Shown: positions 51,555-62,753, numbered from the stretch's first letter. The stretch is 64,000 bases of DNA from Longimicrobiales bacterium (GCA_965248195.1 CBDFIQ010000002.1:32001-96000), one strand, 5' to 3'. Translations and numbers: made by a program. Notes: a model not told the origin generated them from the letters alone.

Positions 51555-51585
51555 CGGCCACCCCCATCGTTCGGAGGTGGCCCTT
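51555..51585 (+). repeat. Dispersed hairpin repeat, copy 4
   Basis: CGGCCACCCCCATCGTTCGGAGGTGGCCCTT. Confidence 0.8.
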
Positions 51586-51666
51586 TACCAGGCTCTCGCA
51601 AACGGACTGAGCCCCGCTTAGGATATATGTGAAGCATGGCTTGAAGGTTCTCTCTCAGGATTCGGA

Positions 51667-52830
51667 ATGATGGTGGGTCGCGACGGCGCGTTTGGTTTAT
51701 TGATAGGCGCAGCAGTTGCAGCGCTCTTCCTCGTACCAGCGCACGGTTTGGCACAAAGGGGGGTTGTTCGCACGGACCCGTGCAGCTCGGGGGTCGTCTA
51801 CCTGTCACCGGTGGACGGCCTGATTGGTTGCGCAGCGGAAGGATATGCTCCAGACCAGTACACCCTTGGAGTGCTGTACGCCAATGGTATCCGCGTGGCG
51901 GAGGACGATGAGGAAGCCGTCCGATGGTTTCGGATGGCCGCCGAGCAAGGACATGCTTCAGCCCAGCACAACCTGGGACTGATGTACGCCGAGGGTGACG
52001 GCGTCCCCGAGGACGATGCGGAGGCCGTACGGTGGTATCGGCTAGCAGCCGAGCAAGGATATGCTCCAGCCCAGGGAGCCCTTGGGGTGATGTACGACAA
52101 TGGTAACGGCGTCCCAGAGGACGATGCGGAGGCCGTACGCTGGTATCGGCTTTCCGCCGAGCAGGAGTTTGCTGCCGCCCAGTACAACCTTGGACTGATG
52201 TACGACGATGGTAACGGCGTCCCAGAGGACGATGCGGAAGCCGTACGCTGGTTTCGGCTTTCCGCCGAGCAGGGGTTTGCTGCCGCCCAGTACAACCTTG
52301 GAGTGATGTACGGCAATGGTGACGGCGTCCCCGAAGATGCTGGGGAGGCCGTACGCTTGTATCGGCTTTCCGCCGAGCAGGGGTATGCTTCAGGCGAATA
52401 CAACCTTGGAGTGATGTACGCCCATGGTTACGGCGTCCCCGAAGACGATGCGGAGGCCGTACGCTGGTATCGGCTAGCGGCCGAGCAAGAGTATGCTAGT
52501 GCCCAGTTCAACCTTGGAGTGATGTATAGCCGGGGTGAAGGCGTCCCCGAGGACGATGCCGAAGCCGTACGCTGGTATCGGTTAGCGGCTGAGCAGGGGG
52601 ATGCTCTAGCCCAGACGAACCTTGGATTGATGTACGCCAATGGAGACGGCGTCCTACAGGATCCGGTCTTCGCCTATATGTGGTTCGATCTCTCGGCGGC
52701 CCAAGGAAACGAGACTGCGCAAAGCAACAAAGACGTAATCGAGCAGTGGCTGAGTCGCGAGCAGATCGCCGAGGCCCGAAGGCTGTCCCGTGAATGGACA
52801 GATACGCATCCCCAGGACGGGGGCAACTGA
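51667..52830 (+). CDS. Secreted Sel1-like repeat protein
   Basis: About eight 36-aa repeats AQYNLGVMY..G.GVPEDDAEAVRWYRLAAEQG. Confidence 0.92.
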   Translation: MMVGRDGAFGLLIGAAVAALFLVPAHGLAQRGVVRTDPCSSGVVYLSPVDGLIGCAAEGYAPDQYTLGVLYANGIRVAEDDEEAVRWFRMAAEQGHASAQHNLGLMYAEGDGVPEDDAEAVRWYRLAAEQGYAPAQGALGVMYDNGNGVPEDDAEAVRWYRLSAEQEFAAAQYNLGLMYDDGNGVPEDDAEAVRWFRLSAEQGFAAAQYNLGVMYGNGDGVPEDAGEAVRLYRLSAEQGYASGEYNLGVMYAHGYGVPEDDAEAVRWYRLAAEQEYASAQFNLGVMYSRGEGVPEDDAEAVRWYRLAAEQGDALAQTNLGLMYANGDGVLQDPVFAYMWFDLSAAQGNETAQSNKDVIEQWLSREQIAEARRLSREWTDTHPQDGGN

Positions 52831-52988
52831 GGGCCTAACGGCGTTGTCGCCGTTCTGGAGCGGGGTGGAGGGGGTGGCTTTGAAGTTCCTGAGCCGGAAT
52901 GGCGAGATTATCCTGCCCATTCAGCACCCTGGTTCTCGTCTTGACGTGACCGGCAGGGCGATCGTCGTAAAGTCTACGAGGTGACGAC

Positions 52989-53912
52989 ATGAAGATCTCG
53001 CGTCGAGAGATGCTCAAGATCAGCGCGGGGACCGGGGCCGCGCTGCTCCTGGGTGAGCTGCCCGCCGTAGCCCAGCAGCAACCGGTGCTCATGCGTTCGA
53101 TCCCGTCCTCGGGAGAGGAAATCCCCGCCGTGGGTCTCGGTAGTGCGCGCACGTTCAGTGTGGGCCCGCCGAACCCGGAGTGGGTGCCCTTGAGTGACGT
53201 GCTGGAGCTCTTCCATGAGATGGGGGGTCGCTTCTTCGATACGGCTCCCTCCTACGGGACCTCGGAGAGAGTGGCCGGCCAGCTCGTTCAGGAGCTCGGA
53301 ATCCAGAACGATCTCTTCTTCGCGACCAAGATCTCGACGGGTGGAGGGCGGGAGGCCGGGATCGATCAGGAGCAGGGGTCGCATGAGAGCTGGGGGCGCG
53401 ACACCATCGACCTGAACCAGGTGCACAACTTGCGGGATGTCGACATTCACCTGAGGACGATCCGACAGGCGAAGGAGGAGGGTCGAACGCGGTACGTGGG
53501 CGTGACCACCTCTTTCTCGCGGCAGTACCAGCGGATGGAGCAGGTGCTCCGGACCGAAGAACTCGATTTCGTCCAGGTCAACTACTCGCTCGGGGAACGC
53601 GAGGCCGCTGAGCGGCTCCTACCCCTGGCGCAGGATCGAGGGATCGCGGTAATCGTAAACGAGCCGTACAACGTCGGCCGACTTTTTAGCGCGACGGGCG
53701 GCCGCGAGCTTCCGGACTGGGCGGCCGAGTTCGATTGTCAAAGCTGGGGGCATTTCTTCCTCAAGTACATCCTGGCGCATCCGGCGGTGACGGTCGTCAT
53801 TCCGGCAACCTCGGATCCGGAGCACCTCGTCGACAACATGGGCGCGGGCGTGGGGCGGTTACCCGACGAGCGGACCCGGAGGCGCATGGAAGAGTTGTTC
53901 GATGAGTTGTAG
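52989..53912 (+). CDS. Aldo/keto reductase, Tat signal
   Basis: SRREML; VGLG, FDTAPSYG, ATK, IDLNQVHN, QVNYS, VIPATS. Confidence 0.9.
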   Translation: MKISRREMLKISAGTGAALLLGELPAVAQQQPVLMRSIPSSGEEIPAVGLGSARTFSVGPPNPEWVPLSDVLELFHEMGGRFFDTAPSYGTSERVAGQLVQELGIQNDLFFATKISTGGGREAGIDQEQGSHESWGRDTIDLNQVHNLRDVDIHLRTIRQAKEEGRTRYVGVTTSFSRQYQRMEQVLRTEELDFVQVNYSLGEREAAERLLPLAQDRGIAVIVNEPYNVGRLFSATGGRELPDWAAEFDCQSWGHFFLKYILAHPAVTVVIPATSDPEHLVDNMGAGVGRLPDERTRRRMEELFDEL

Positions 53913-53957
53913 TCCCCCTCCAAGACATCCACGACTTAAGCGTCACGGGAGCCTGTC

Positions 53958-55343
53958 ATGCCAACGGTGAAGACCGCAAACGCACCCTCGTCGTACGAGT
54001 CACGCACACGGGTGCTCAGCCCGTCTCTTTGTGTTGGTGTCGGGCTCCTGCTCTGCGTGGGGCTGAACTCCGCCGGGGCGCAGGATCTGCCCGTACAGCT
54101 TCCCCCGCGCGTGCCCGCGCAGTTCATGAGTTATCAGGGAGCCGGCTGGCTCGAACGCCCCGAGCGTGTCGCGGAAGAGATGCCCGACGACATGCTGGCG
54201 ATGATGGGCCTCGAGGACGGTGACGTTGTCGCGGACATCGGGGCCGGCTCCGGATTCTTCACCCGGAGGATGGCCAGGCTCGTGGCTCCATCGGGCACGG
54301 TCTACGCCGTCGACATTCAACCCGAGATGCTGGAGATCTTACAGGGCTACGTTGAAGAAGAAGGCCTCACCGGCATCGTGCCCGTCCTGAGCGAGTTCGA
54401 TGACCCGAAGCTTCCCGAGGGCGAGATCGATTGGATCCTGCTCGTCGACGTGTATCACGAGTTCGGGAACCACGAGGCCATGCTCGCCAAGATGCGGCAG
54501 GCGCTGAAGCGCAACGGAAGGGTGGCTCTGCTCGAGTATAGGGTCGAGGACGGCACGGGCGACCACATCAAGGGCGATCACCGGATGTCGGTCCGCCAGG
54601 TCCTCAGCGAGTGGAAACCGGCGGGTTTCGACCTCGTCGAGCTGCACGAGTTCCTGCCGAGTCAGCACCTGTTCATCTTTCAGCCCGCTCGCCAGGATCG
54701 CACGGTCGGGATCGAGCCCCGGCCGGCCATCGCGAATTACGACGTCCTCGAGGCGATCAGAGAGGGCCTTATCGAGGTGAGCGGCGCGAATCCGGGACCC
54801 GAGACCGTCAACATGACGATAAGGAGAACCCGGCCCGAACCGATGGTAATTACGCTTCCTGTCGGAACGTACTTTGGGACTCAGGGACGAGCGATCGACA
54901 TGATCGCGCGTAGAGACGGGGCCGTCGTGCTCTTCGAGGACGGCCCCCAGGCTTGGCCGGTGCTGGCCCGCAGCATGCCTCCGACCCGGTCCGCCTCCCA
55001 GCCCCGGGACCGATTCGAAATCCGATCGGCCGACGAAAACATCGCCATGCGCAATGTCATGTGGCTGTTTCAGGGGCTGAACCTTCACCCCATGGTCGCC
55101 CCGATCGTCCAGCAGCTCGCCCTATGGATTGCCTCGGAGAACGCCGGTTACGATGATCTCGCCGAGCATGCGTCGGGCGCGCCGATCCCGGCCGAGGAAG
55201 CCGTGGCGCTCGCCGTGGCCTACCTGGACTCGAGCGGGACCGACGTCACCCAGAAGCGAATTTGGGCCGACCGCGAGAGGTTCGTCCCCGCACTCAGCGA
55301 CCCGGGTCTGAAGAGATTCTTCGAGACTCGAGATGGGAGATGA
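53958..55343 (+). CDS. Class I SAM-dependent methyltransferase with a signal peptide and extra C-terminal domain
   Basis: VADIGAGSGFFT, YAVDIQ, VDVYHEF. Confidence 0.82.
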   Translation: MPTVKTANAPSSYESRTRVLSPSLCVGVGLLLCVGLNSAGAQDLPVQLPPRVPAQFMSYQGAGWLERPERVAEEMPDDMLAMMGLEDGDVVADIGAGSGFFTRRMARLVAPSGTVYAVDIQPEMLEILQGYVEEEGLTGIVPVLSEFDDPKLPEGEIDWILLVDVYHEFGNHEAMLAKMRQALKRNGRVALLEYRVEDGTGDHIKGDHRMSVRQVLSEWKPAGFDLVELHEFLPSQHLFIFQPARQDRTVGIEPRPAIANYDVLEAIREGLIEVSGANPGPETVNMTIRRTRPEPMVITLPVGTYFGTQGRAIDMIARRDGAVVLFEDGPQAWPVLARSMPPTRSASQPRDRFEIRSADENIAMRNVMWLFQGLNLHPMVAPIVQQLALWIASENAGYDDLAEHASGAPIPAEEAVALAVAYLDSSGTDVTQKRIWADRERFVPALSDPGLKRFFETRDGR

Positions 55344-55379
55344 TCTGCGCCTGATCATCCGGGCGCAGCGAGAATCCCG

Positions 55380-58092
55380 ATGAAACGCTCCGACAGGAGA
55401 TGGCTTCAGACCCGGCTCGACGCGTGGGTGGCCCGGGACCTGATCCGTACGGACCAGGCCGAAGCCATTCGCAAGTATCAGGAGCAAAATCCTGAAAAGC
55501 AGCTCTTCACGGTCTTCGGGCTCCTGGTCGGCGTGGGCGCCCTGAGTGTCGGCATCGGAATCATCCTGGTCGTGAGCTACAACTGGGAAAGGATCCCACC
55601 TGTCGTCCGACAGTCGGCGTTCCTGCTTGCCATCGTGGGCCTCGCGGAGGCCAGGCTTCGTTTGGCCGGGAGGACCCTCGTGGAGAAGGGCCTGGACGTC
55701 ATTTGGGTGGTCCTGCCGCTGGCCGGGATCGGCCTGTGGGGGCAGATCTACCAACTTTCTGGCGATGCCTTCACCCCGCTTGCCATGACGCTTGGCCTCG
55801 CCCTGCCCATCGTCTGGCTGGGTGGCCATGGGGGAGCCGCCACGACCCACGCCTTCATCTTCGTATGGGCGATGTTCACGGGGGTCTTCGAGGCCGGCAG
55901 TTGGATTTCCATGCTCGACCTGGCACCGCTCCGCGCTTGGTTGACACTAGGCGTCTGCGTTGCGCTGTGGATGGGCATGCTGTACCAAACACGACGTTTC
56001 GGCGGCCCGAGGGCGGCACTGACGCGGTAGTGTCCCTAGATTTGTGTAAAAGCGGATAAGCTGGACAGGAGGGAAAGAAAAACGGAAGCTCCTCTGTTGT
56101 TGTTCACTGTCACATGAACCCGGGAGTCCGGGTCTGCAGAGCAGGCTCGGAACCGGAGAGGAGCTTCCGATGCAAGAGATTGTGGAGATCGGTCGGGCCA
56201 CGCAAGACGAGCTACGCGATGATTTGCGCGAGCTGTTTCAAGGCGCGATCCGGCTGACGCTCGAGATGGTGCTGGAAGAGGAGCTGAAGGCCATGGTAGG
56301 TGCACGCCGCTTCGAGCGGGTGGGAAGCCGGAAGGACCATAGGAACGGCACATACCTGAGGCGGCTGCTGACGAGCCTGGGGCAGATCGAGGTCGCCATG
56401 CCCCGGAGCCGGGACAACGGTTCGCCGGCCGACGTGATCGGCCGCTACCAGCGCAGGAGCCCCGAGCTCGACGAGATGATGGTCGAGGCGTATGTGAGCG
56501 GCGTGTCACAGCGCAAGATGGGCGACGTCACCGAGGCGCTGATGGGCGAGCGTGTTGGGCGCTCGACGGTGAGTCGTGTGGCAAAACGGCTCGACGAGGC
56601 CGTGGAAGGGCTGCGCCGTGCGCCGATCGAGGGGCCTCACCCCTATCTGTACCTGGACGCCACGTTCTTGGACGCCCGCTGGGCCCGCAAAGTCGAGAAC
56701 GTGAGTGCGCTCGTGGCGTATGCAGTGGGCCCTGAGGGTCACCGACGGCTCCTGGCCGTCACGCTGGGCGCTGAGGAGTCGCAGCAGAGCTGGTCGGAGC
56801 TCCTCGAGCAACTCCAGGACCGCGGCCTCGGCGGTGTCGAGCTCGTGATCGCCGATGAGCACGCAGGCCTGGCAGCTGCGGTCCGCCGCTTCCTGCCCGA
56901 GGCACGCCGTCAGAGGTGTACGGTCCATCTGCAGCGTAATGTGGGGGCGAGGGTCCCCCACCGCCTACGCAAGCGCGTGGCGCGTGAGGTCTCGGTGATC
57001 TTCCAGACATCCGGACTCGCCGAGGCGAAGAAGCTCCTGGGCGAGTTCGGCGCACGCTGGAAGAAGGAGCTGCCCGAGGCCGTGGAGGTCCTGGAGCGGG
57101 GCTTCGGGGCAGCGACGCAGTTCTACGCGTTCCCCGAGGCGCACTGGCCCCGGCTGCGTACCACCAACAGCCTCGAGCGGCTGCACGGCGAGATCAAACG
57201 CAGGATCAAGGCCGCCGGCGCCTTCCCGGACCGGGCCAGCGCCCTCAGGCTCATCACGGCCGTCGCACTCAGGACCACACACGTCTGGGGCGACCGGCGT
57301 TACCTCGACCTCTCACTCCTCCAGAAACAGGAGGTCGCCCAAGCAGCCTAGCCGAAGGCGAGGAGCTTCCTCCGCTTTTACACACAAATCGGGACTTGAC
57401 CACTGACGCTCTGGGTCGCGTTCCTCGTCTTCATGTTTTCCGTAGTCGTGGCAGGAGGCACCCTCGAGGTGGACCATGGTGGGGTGTACTTCTTGATCGC
57501 CAGTGCCTTGGGGATGCTCTTCTGGGCCGGCCGGGGACTGCTCCGCCTCGAGATGCAGCAAAGTGGTGATCTCGGCTGGGCCACGGCGGCGATGCTCCTG
57601 TATGCGCTTTCCTACCTACACAATGACTTCGGTCTCGAAGGAAGCGTATCTACGCCCGGCCTTTACTACGGCCTTCTCATGAGCGTGATCGCCGTAGCCG
57701 GCCTTGCCTCGGCCGATGTCGAGGAGAAGGCGGGCGTGGGCGGCGGGGGCGGCTTCAAGTTGCTCCTGGGGTTGCCGCTGGCCCTGAGCGCTCTGTTGGT
57801 GTTCACGAGCCAGGAGGTGTTGGTCGGCTACCTCGCCAACGTCGCGCTCCTCGGGTTCTGCCTCTATACGATGCACGTGGGGGTGCTCAGGGCCGACAAG
57901 CGTCTGATCAATCAGGGGGTCGCTGTGGTCGGACTTCTCATGGTGACCCGCTTTATCGACTATTTCGGGAGCCTGCTGACGAGCGGGAGCGCGTTCATCG
58001 TCATGGGTCTTCTGTTCCTGGGGTTGGCCTACGGCCTGGATCGAGGGCGCCGGCATCTTCTGGAACGAGTGCTGGGAGGGAGCGCCGCATGA
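55380..58092 (+). pseudogene. DUF2157-family membrane protein interrupted by IS256
   Basis: WVARDLI, GIILVVSYNW, GQIYQL. Removing the IS and one TSD restores the frame (AALTLWVAFLVFMF). Confidence 0.85.
56026..57401 (+). mobile_element. IS256-family element, copy 3 (transposase 56170..57351)
   Basis: Same IRs as copy 1; 8-bp TSD ACTGACGC. Confidence 0.95.
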
Positions 58093-58607
58093 ACGTGAAC
58101 TGGATGCGATGGACCATGGCCATGCAGGTGCTTGTCTTCGTGGGTTGGGCGGGCGTGGAGGAGTATGGCCGTGTCGATGCCGTAGAATTCGTCTTGGAGA
58201 CCCGGCCAGTCGACCCCCGCGACTTTCTGAGCGGGCTCTACATGACGCTGGGTTACCGCTTCATGGATCCCGAAGGATCGGTTCCGGGGAGGGAAGCTCT
58301 GGTGAGGTTGGAGTTCGAGAGGGAGGTCACCGTCAACGGCGCAACGTGGCCGGTGTGGCGGGCGGCCTTGAAGTCGGAGCCCTCTCTGGTCCAGGATCGG
58401 CGACTAACCGCGAGGAGCGGATGGGCCAGAGCGAGCGTCGAAGGCGGGCGGCTCGACTACGGAATCGACCGCTACTACTTCAGTGAGGCTCGCCAGGAAG
58501 AGCTCAACCAACTTCGGGGGGGTCAGTTTTACGTGCTGGTAAGCCTGGGGCGGGACGGGACTCTGCGGGTGCAGGATCTGATCTGGGAGGCGGAAGCGGG
58601 TAACTAG
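58089..58607 (+). CDS. GDYXXLXY-domain membrane-anchored protein
   Basis: TRPVDPRDFLSGLYMTLGY, YGIDRYYFSE; typical partner of DUF2157. Confidence 0.8.
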   Translation: MNVNWMRWTMAMQVLVFVGWAGVEEYGRVDAVEFVLETRPVDPRDFLSGLYMTLGYRFMDPEGSVPGREALVRLEFEREVTVNGATWPVWRAALKSEPSLVQDRRLTARSGWARASVEGGRLDYGIDRYYFSEARQEELNQLRGGQFYVLVSLGRDGTLRVQDLIWEAEAGN

Positions 58608-60804
58608 GGCCTGTTAACACTATCTGAGGGCTTCGACGATGAGCGCGAAGTGGATGAAGGCGGTAAACATCACGTCGAGCTTGTCAAAGCGGGAGAAGAT
58701 TCTTCTGAAGCCTTTGAGTCGCCGAAATAAGGTAGTGTCCCTAGATTTGTGTAAAAACGGATAAGCTGGACAGGAGGGAAAGAAAAACGGAAGCTCCTCT
58801 GTTGTTGTTCACTGTCACATGAACCCGGGAGTCCGGGTCTGCAGAGCAGGCTCGGAACCGGAGAGGAGCTTCCGATGCAAGAGATTGTGGAGATCGGTCG
58901 GGCCACGCAAGACGAGCTACGCGATGATTTGCGCGAGCTGTTTCAAGGCGCGATCCGGCTGACGCTCGAGATGGTGCTGGAAGAGGAGCTGAAGGCCATG
59001 GTAGGTGCACGCCGCTTCGAGCGGGTGGGAAGCCGGAAGGACCATAGGAACGGCACATACCTGAGGCGGCTGCTGACGAGCCTGGGGCAGATCGAGGTCG
59101 CCATGCCCCGGAGCCGGGACAACGGTTCGCCGGCCGACGTGATCGGCCGCTACCAGCGCAGGAGCCCCGAGCTCGACGAGATGATGGTCGAGGCGTATGT
59201 GAGCGGCGTGTCACAGCGCAAGATGGGCGACGTCACCGAGGCGCTGATGGGCGAGCGTGTTGGGCGCTCGACGGTGAGTCGTGTGGCAAAACGGCTCGAC
59301 GAGGCCGTGGAAGGGCTGCGCCGTGCGCCGATCGAGGGGCCTCACCCCTATCTGTACCTGGACGCCACGTTCTTGGACGCCCGCTGGGCCCGCAAAGTCG
59401 AGAACGTGAGTGCGCTCGTGGCGTATGCAGTGGGCCCTGAGGGTCACCGACGGCTCCTGGCCGTCACGCTGGGCGCTGAGGAGTCGCAGCAGAGCTGGTC
59501 GGAGCTCCTCGAGCAACTCCAGGACCGCGGCCTCGGCGGTGTCGAGCTCGTGATCGCCGATGAGCACGCAGGCCTGGCAGCTGCGGTCCGCCGCTTCCTG
59601 CCCGAGGCACGCCGTCAGAGGTGTACGGTCCATCTGCAGCGTAATGTGGGGGCGAGGGTCCCCCACCGCCTACGCAAGCGCGTGGCGCGTGAGGTCTCGG
59701 TGATCTTCCAGACATCCGGACTCGCCGAGGCGAAGAAGCTCCTGGGCGAGTTCGGCGCACGCTGGAAGAAGGAGCTGCCCGAGGCCGTGGAGGTCCTGGA
59801 GCGGGGCTTCGGGGCAGCGACGCAGTTCTACGCGTTCCCCGAGGCGCACTGGCCCCGGCTGCGTACCACCAACAGCCTCGAGCGGCTGCACGGCGAGATC
59901 AAACGCAGGATCAAGGCCGCCGGCGCCTTCCCGGACCGGGCCAGCGCCCTCAGGCTCATCACGGCCGTCGCACTCAGGACCACACACGTCTGGGGCGACC
60001 GGCGTTACCTCGACCTCTCACTCCTCCAGAAACAGGAGGTCGCCCAAGCAGCCTAGCCGAAGGCGAGGAGCTTCCTCCGCTTTTACACACAAATCGGGAC
60101 TTGACCCCGAAATAACCGCTCTATTTCGTTACGACGGCGATACATGACTCGGTCATACTGCCACGGGTTAACACGGCCCTGCTTGGGTGGCACGACCGGC
60201 GTAAACCCCAGCTCCAACACCAATTGCCGTGTTTCGCCCCCCTCGTACGCCCGGTCCATGATCATGGACACTGTGGAATGTACCGGCTTCAACGTGCGTA
60301 GCAGTTCCCGTCCTTCCGGCGCGTCGTGCTTGTGGCCTGGCGATAGCGAGAAGGTTATCGCGGTTCGAGCATCTGCGGCAACCATATGAATCTTGGTGGT
60401 CCAGCCTCCACGCGACTTGCCGATGGCCTGCGGGCCGTTTTTTTTTAGAGCGCCGGTGCCATCAGGGTGCACCTTGACGATGGTACTGTCGATCGACAGA
60501 GCTTGGATCTTGATCCGGATAATTTGCTCGTCTTGCAGGGCCGCAAAGACACGATCCAGCACACCTGCCCTGGCCCAGCGATTCATTCGGGTGTAGATCG
60601 TATGCCAGTTACCGAAACGCGGAGGCAACCCCCGCCATTTGCAGCCGTGTTCGGCCACATACAGGATCGCGTTAAGCACTTCGAGATTGGAGATGCTCAC
60701 ATTGCCGCGCTGATGCGGAAAGCAAGCCTCTATCCGACGATATTGGGACTCTGTGATTTTCATAGCCCCAATATACTACAAATTGCCCTTAGTGTTAACA
60801 GACC
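58608..60804 (-). mobile_element. IS5-family element, copy 2, carrying a nested IS256
   Basis: Same IRs and CTAG flanks as the copy at 44716; A9 tract fuses the two ORFs. Confidence 0.92.
58731..60106 (+). mobile_element. IS256-family element, copy 4 (transposase 58875..60056)
   Basis: 9-bp TSD CCGAAATAA inside the IS5 transposase. Confidence 0.95.
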
Positions 60805-61665
60805 CTAGTCGAGAGTCTCCGCGAGACGACGCTCCGCGATGGCCTGAAACCGGGGGTCGGGCGGCTCCAGGACCGGCAGCTCCAGCACTCGCTGAAATTG
60901 GCTTCGGGCCTCTTCCTTCCGATCCCGATTCAGGTACATCCTCCCGAGGTCCAGACGGAATAGGATGTACTCGGGCCTCAGCTCCACGGCCCGTGTAAGG
61001 TACCGCTCGGCGTCCTCCCAACTGGTCGAGTTCATGACGTCGCCCCCGAGGAAATTCCTCGCCACCCAACGCTCGAGGCCGGAGAGCCTGCGGACCCTGT
61101 AGTTGAGAACCCCAAGGGCGTGGTAAGCGCCGGCATGCAGGGAATCCATTTCCAAGACCTGGTGGGCCAGGTCGTATACCTCCCCACCGAGTGCCGACGC
61201 TTCTCGGCCCCCCGACTGGACGGCTCGGAGACCCTTAGCGCTCAACAACCAGTACAGCCCTACGAGATTTTCCGGCTCGATCTCGGTGGCCCGACGAGCG
61301 TAGGACTCCGCGATCTTGTACCACTGATTTTGTATCCTTCTCCCCCGGGAGAGGAGCCCCTGAGCGATGGCAGAGCGGGCCGCGCCCCACAACGCTTCGT
61401 AGTTCTCCGGAAACTCGTCGATGACGTCCTCGAAGAGTTGAAGGGACTCCATGACCCGATGGTCGAGGAAGAGGTCGTGCGCCTCTGAGATCCGGGGGTC
61501 GGCGCCGGCTCGGGCTGGGTCCGTGATCACCTGTGAGCGCGGCCCGGAGATCGGCCCGGAATCTGCGGCGGTCCGCAGTCCAGTCTGAGCCGCAGCGACG
61601 GGCGGCACCACCAACAGGGTGGCGCCGAGTATCGCGAGAAGGGGTCGTCTGGACGAGACGTTCAC
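60805..61665 (-). CDS. Secreted TPR-repeat protein
   Basis: Signal ending AAA-Q; helical repeats such as AERYLTRAVELRP...LDLGRMY...ARSQFQRVLEL. Confidence 0.7.
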   Translation of the reverse strand: MNVSSRRPLLAILGATLLVVPPVAAAQTGLRTAADSGPISGPRSQVITDPARAGADPRISEAHDLFLDHRVMESLQLFEDVIDEFPENYEALWGAARSAIAQGLLSRGRRIQNQWYKIAESYARRATEIEPENLVGLYWLLSAKGLRAVQSGGREASALGGEVYDLAHQVLEMDSLHAGAYHALGVLNYRVRRLSGLERWVARNFLGGDVMNSTSWEDAERYLTRAVELRPEYILFRLDLGRMYLNRDRKEEARSQFQRVLELPVLEPPDPRFQAIAERRLAETLD

Positions 61666-61811
61666 AGTATCGCGCTGCCTACAGTTCGTGAGAGATTCAG
61701 GGATTCAGGTGGGCATCGACCATGCCAGTGGCTCGTACCCCCGCGGCCCGAAAAAGTCATGGGAAGTCTCGTTACCTGTGTAGCTGGCCGCAACCCGTGC
61801 TCCGCAGATGG

Positions 61812-62753
61812 TCAGCCCATGCGCAAACACCGCTTACAACGGAGGCCTCGACCTCCGGCGTACTTTAATACGCGCCCCAGACCCACGTCGTCGAAGTAGC
61901 TGCCCAAGCAGAGCGTAAGACTGTCGGGCTCTGCGAGGAACGCCTTTACAGCCCAAGGCCGGCCCATGATGCCGCATAGGAGCAGCAGGGTCCGCGGTCC
62001 GGTGGGTCCGTCGGTCGTGTTCACCCCCCATCCGATCTCGTCGGCCCACACATCGAACACCTCGGCTGTTTCGTGCGCTCGGAAGCGATCGACTCTCAGT
62101 ACCGCACGGAAAGAGACTCCGAGCAGACGCTCGATGGCGTCGACATCGTGTTCCGTACTGCACACGAGGAATGCCTCACCGCCCCTTTTGGCCAGGGCGG
62201 CCGCCAGCCGCGGCCGACTCCAACGCATCGCGTGATGGAAGACCGTCGCGGGCAAGCGGTGGAAATGCCGGAGGTCGGGAAACCCTCGCAGCACGTCCTC
62301 CGCCTGAACTCCATGGCAGCGCGAACGGGGTAGGCCCACGAGAAACCTCTCGCGGATCCTCGGATCGGATGAGGCGGTCAACCGCTCGAGGCAGTCCTCG
62401 AGAAGATGTCTGACATGCGCAGAACAGATCTCGACGCCATCCCTGTTGGAATGTGCCCCCTCGATCAAACAACGGCACTCACCGTCGTTGAAGTGTGCGA
62501 ATCCGAACCCCCGACCCTGGTCCAGCTCTCGGAGCACGACGTGAATGGGCCATGCGTCGCACCCAGGCGATTTTCCGTGCTCGGAAGACTCCGTGCGCCC
62601 GACGTCGGATCCCTGTCCGACGCCGGATTTCTGCACGCCCCAGATCGACCGCGAGTAGACCCGGCGTTGTGGCAAAATGCCTCGTCGTGCGAGCCAGCCT
62701 CGCAGAACCCGTAGAGGCGGAGTGTCCATCCAAGCTCCTACCCGTCGTATCAT
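61812..62753 (-). CDS. Hypothetical protein, possibly GT-D/DUF1792-like
   Basis: FAHFNDGE resembles the RFGDGE motif; coupled to sulfotransferase genes. Confidence 0.4.
   Translation of the reverse strand: MIRRVGAWMDTPPLRVLRGWLARRGILPQRRVYSRSIWGVQKSGVGQGSDVGRTESSEHGKSPGCDAWPIHVVLRELDQGRGFGFAHFNDGECRCLIEGAHSNRDGVEICSAHVRHLLEDCLERLTASSDPRIRERFLVGLPRSRCHGVQAEDVLRGFPDLRHFHRLPATVFHHAMRWSRPRLAAALAKRGGEAFLVCSTEHDVDAIERLLGVSFRAVLRVDRFRAHETAEVFDVWADEIGWGVNTTDGPTGPRTLLLLCGIMGRPWAVKAFLAEPDSLTLCLGSYFDDVGLGRVLKYAGGRGLRCKRCLRMG

Noticed and set aside
51850..52660. 108-bp tandem repeats
   Set aside because: These are coding Sel1 repeats, not a nucleic-acid array.
56026..60106. Composite transposon formed by IS256 copies 3 and 4
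   Set aside because: Each copy has its own matching TSD, so they are independent insertions.
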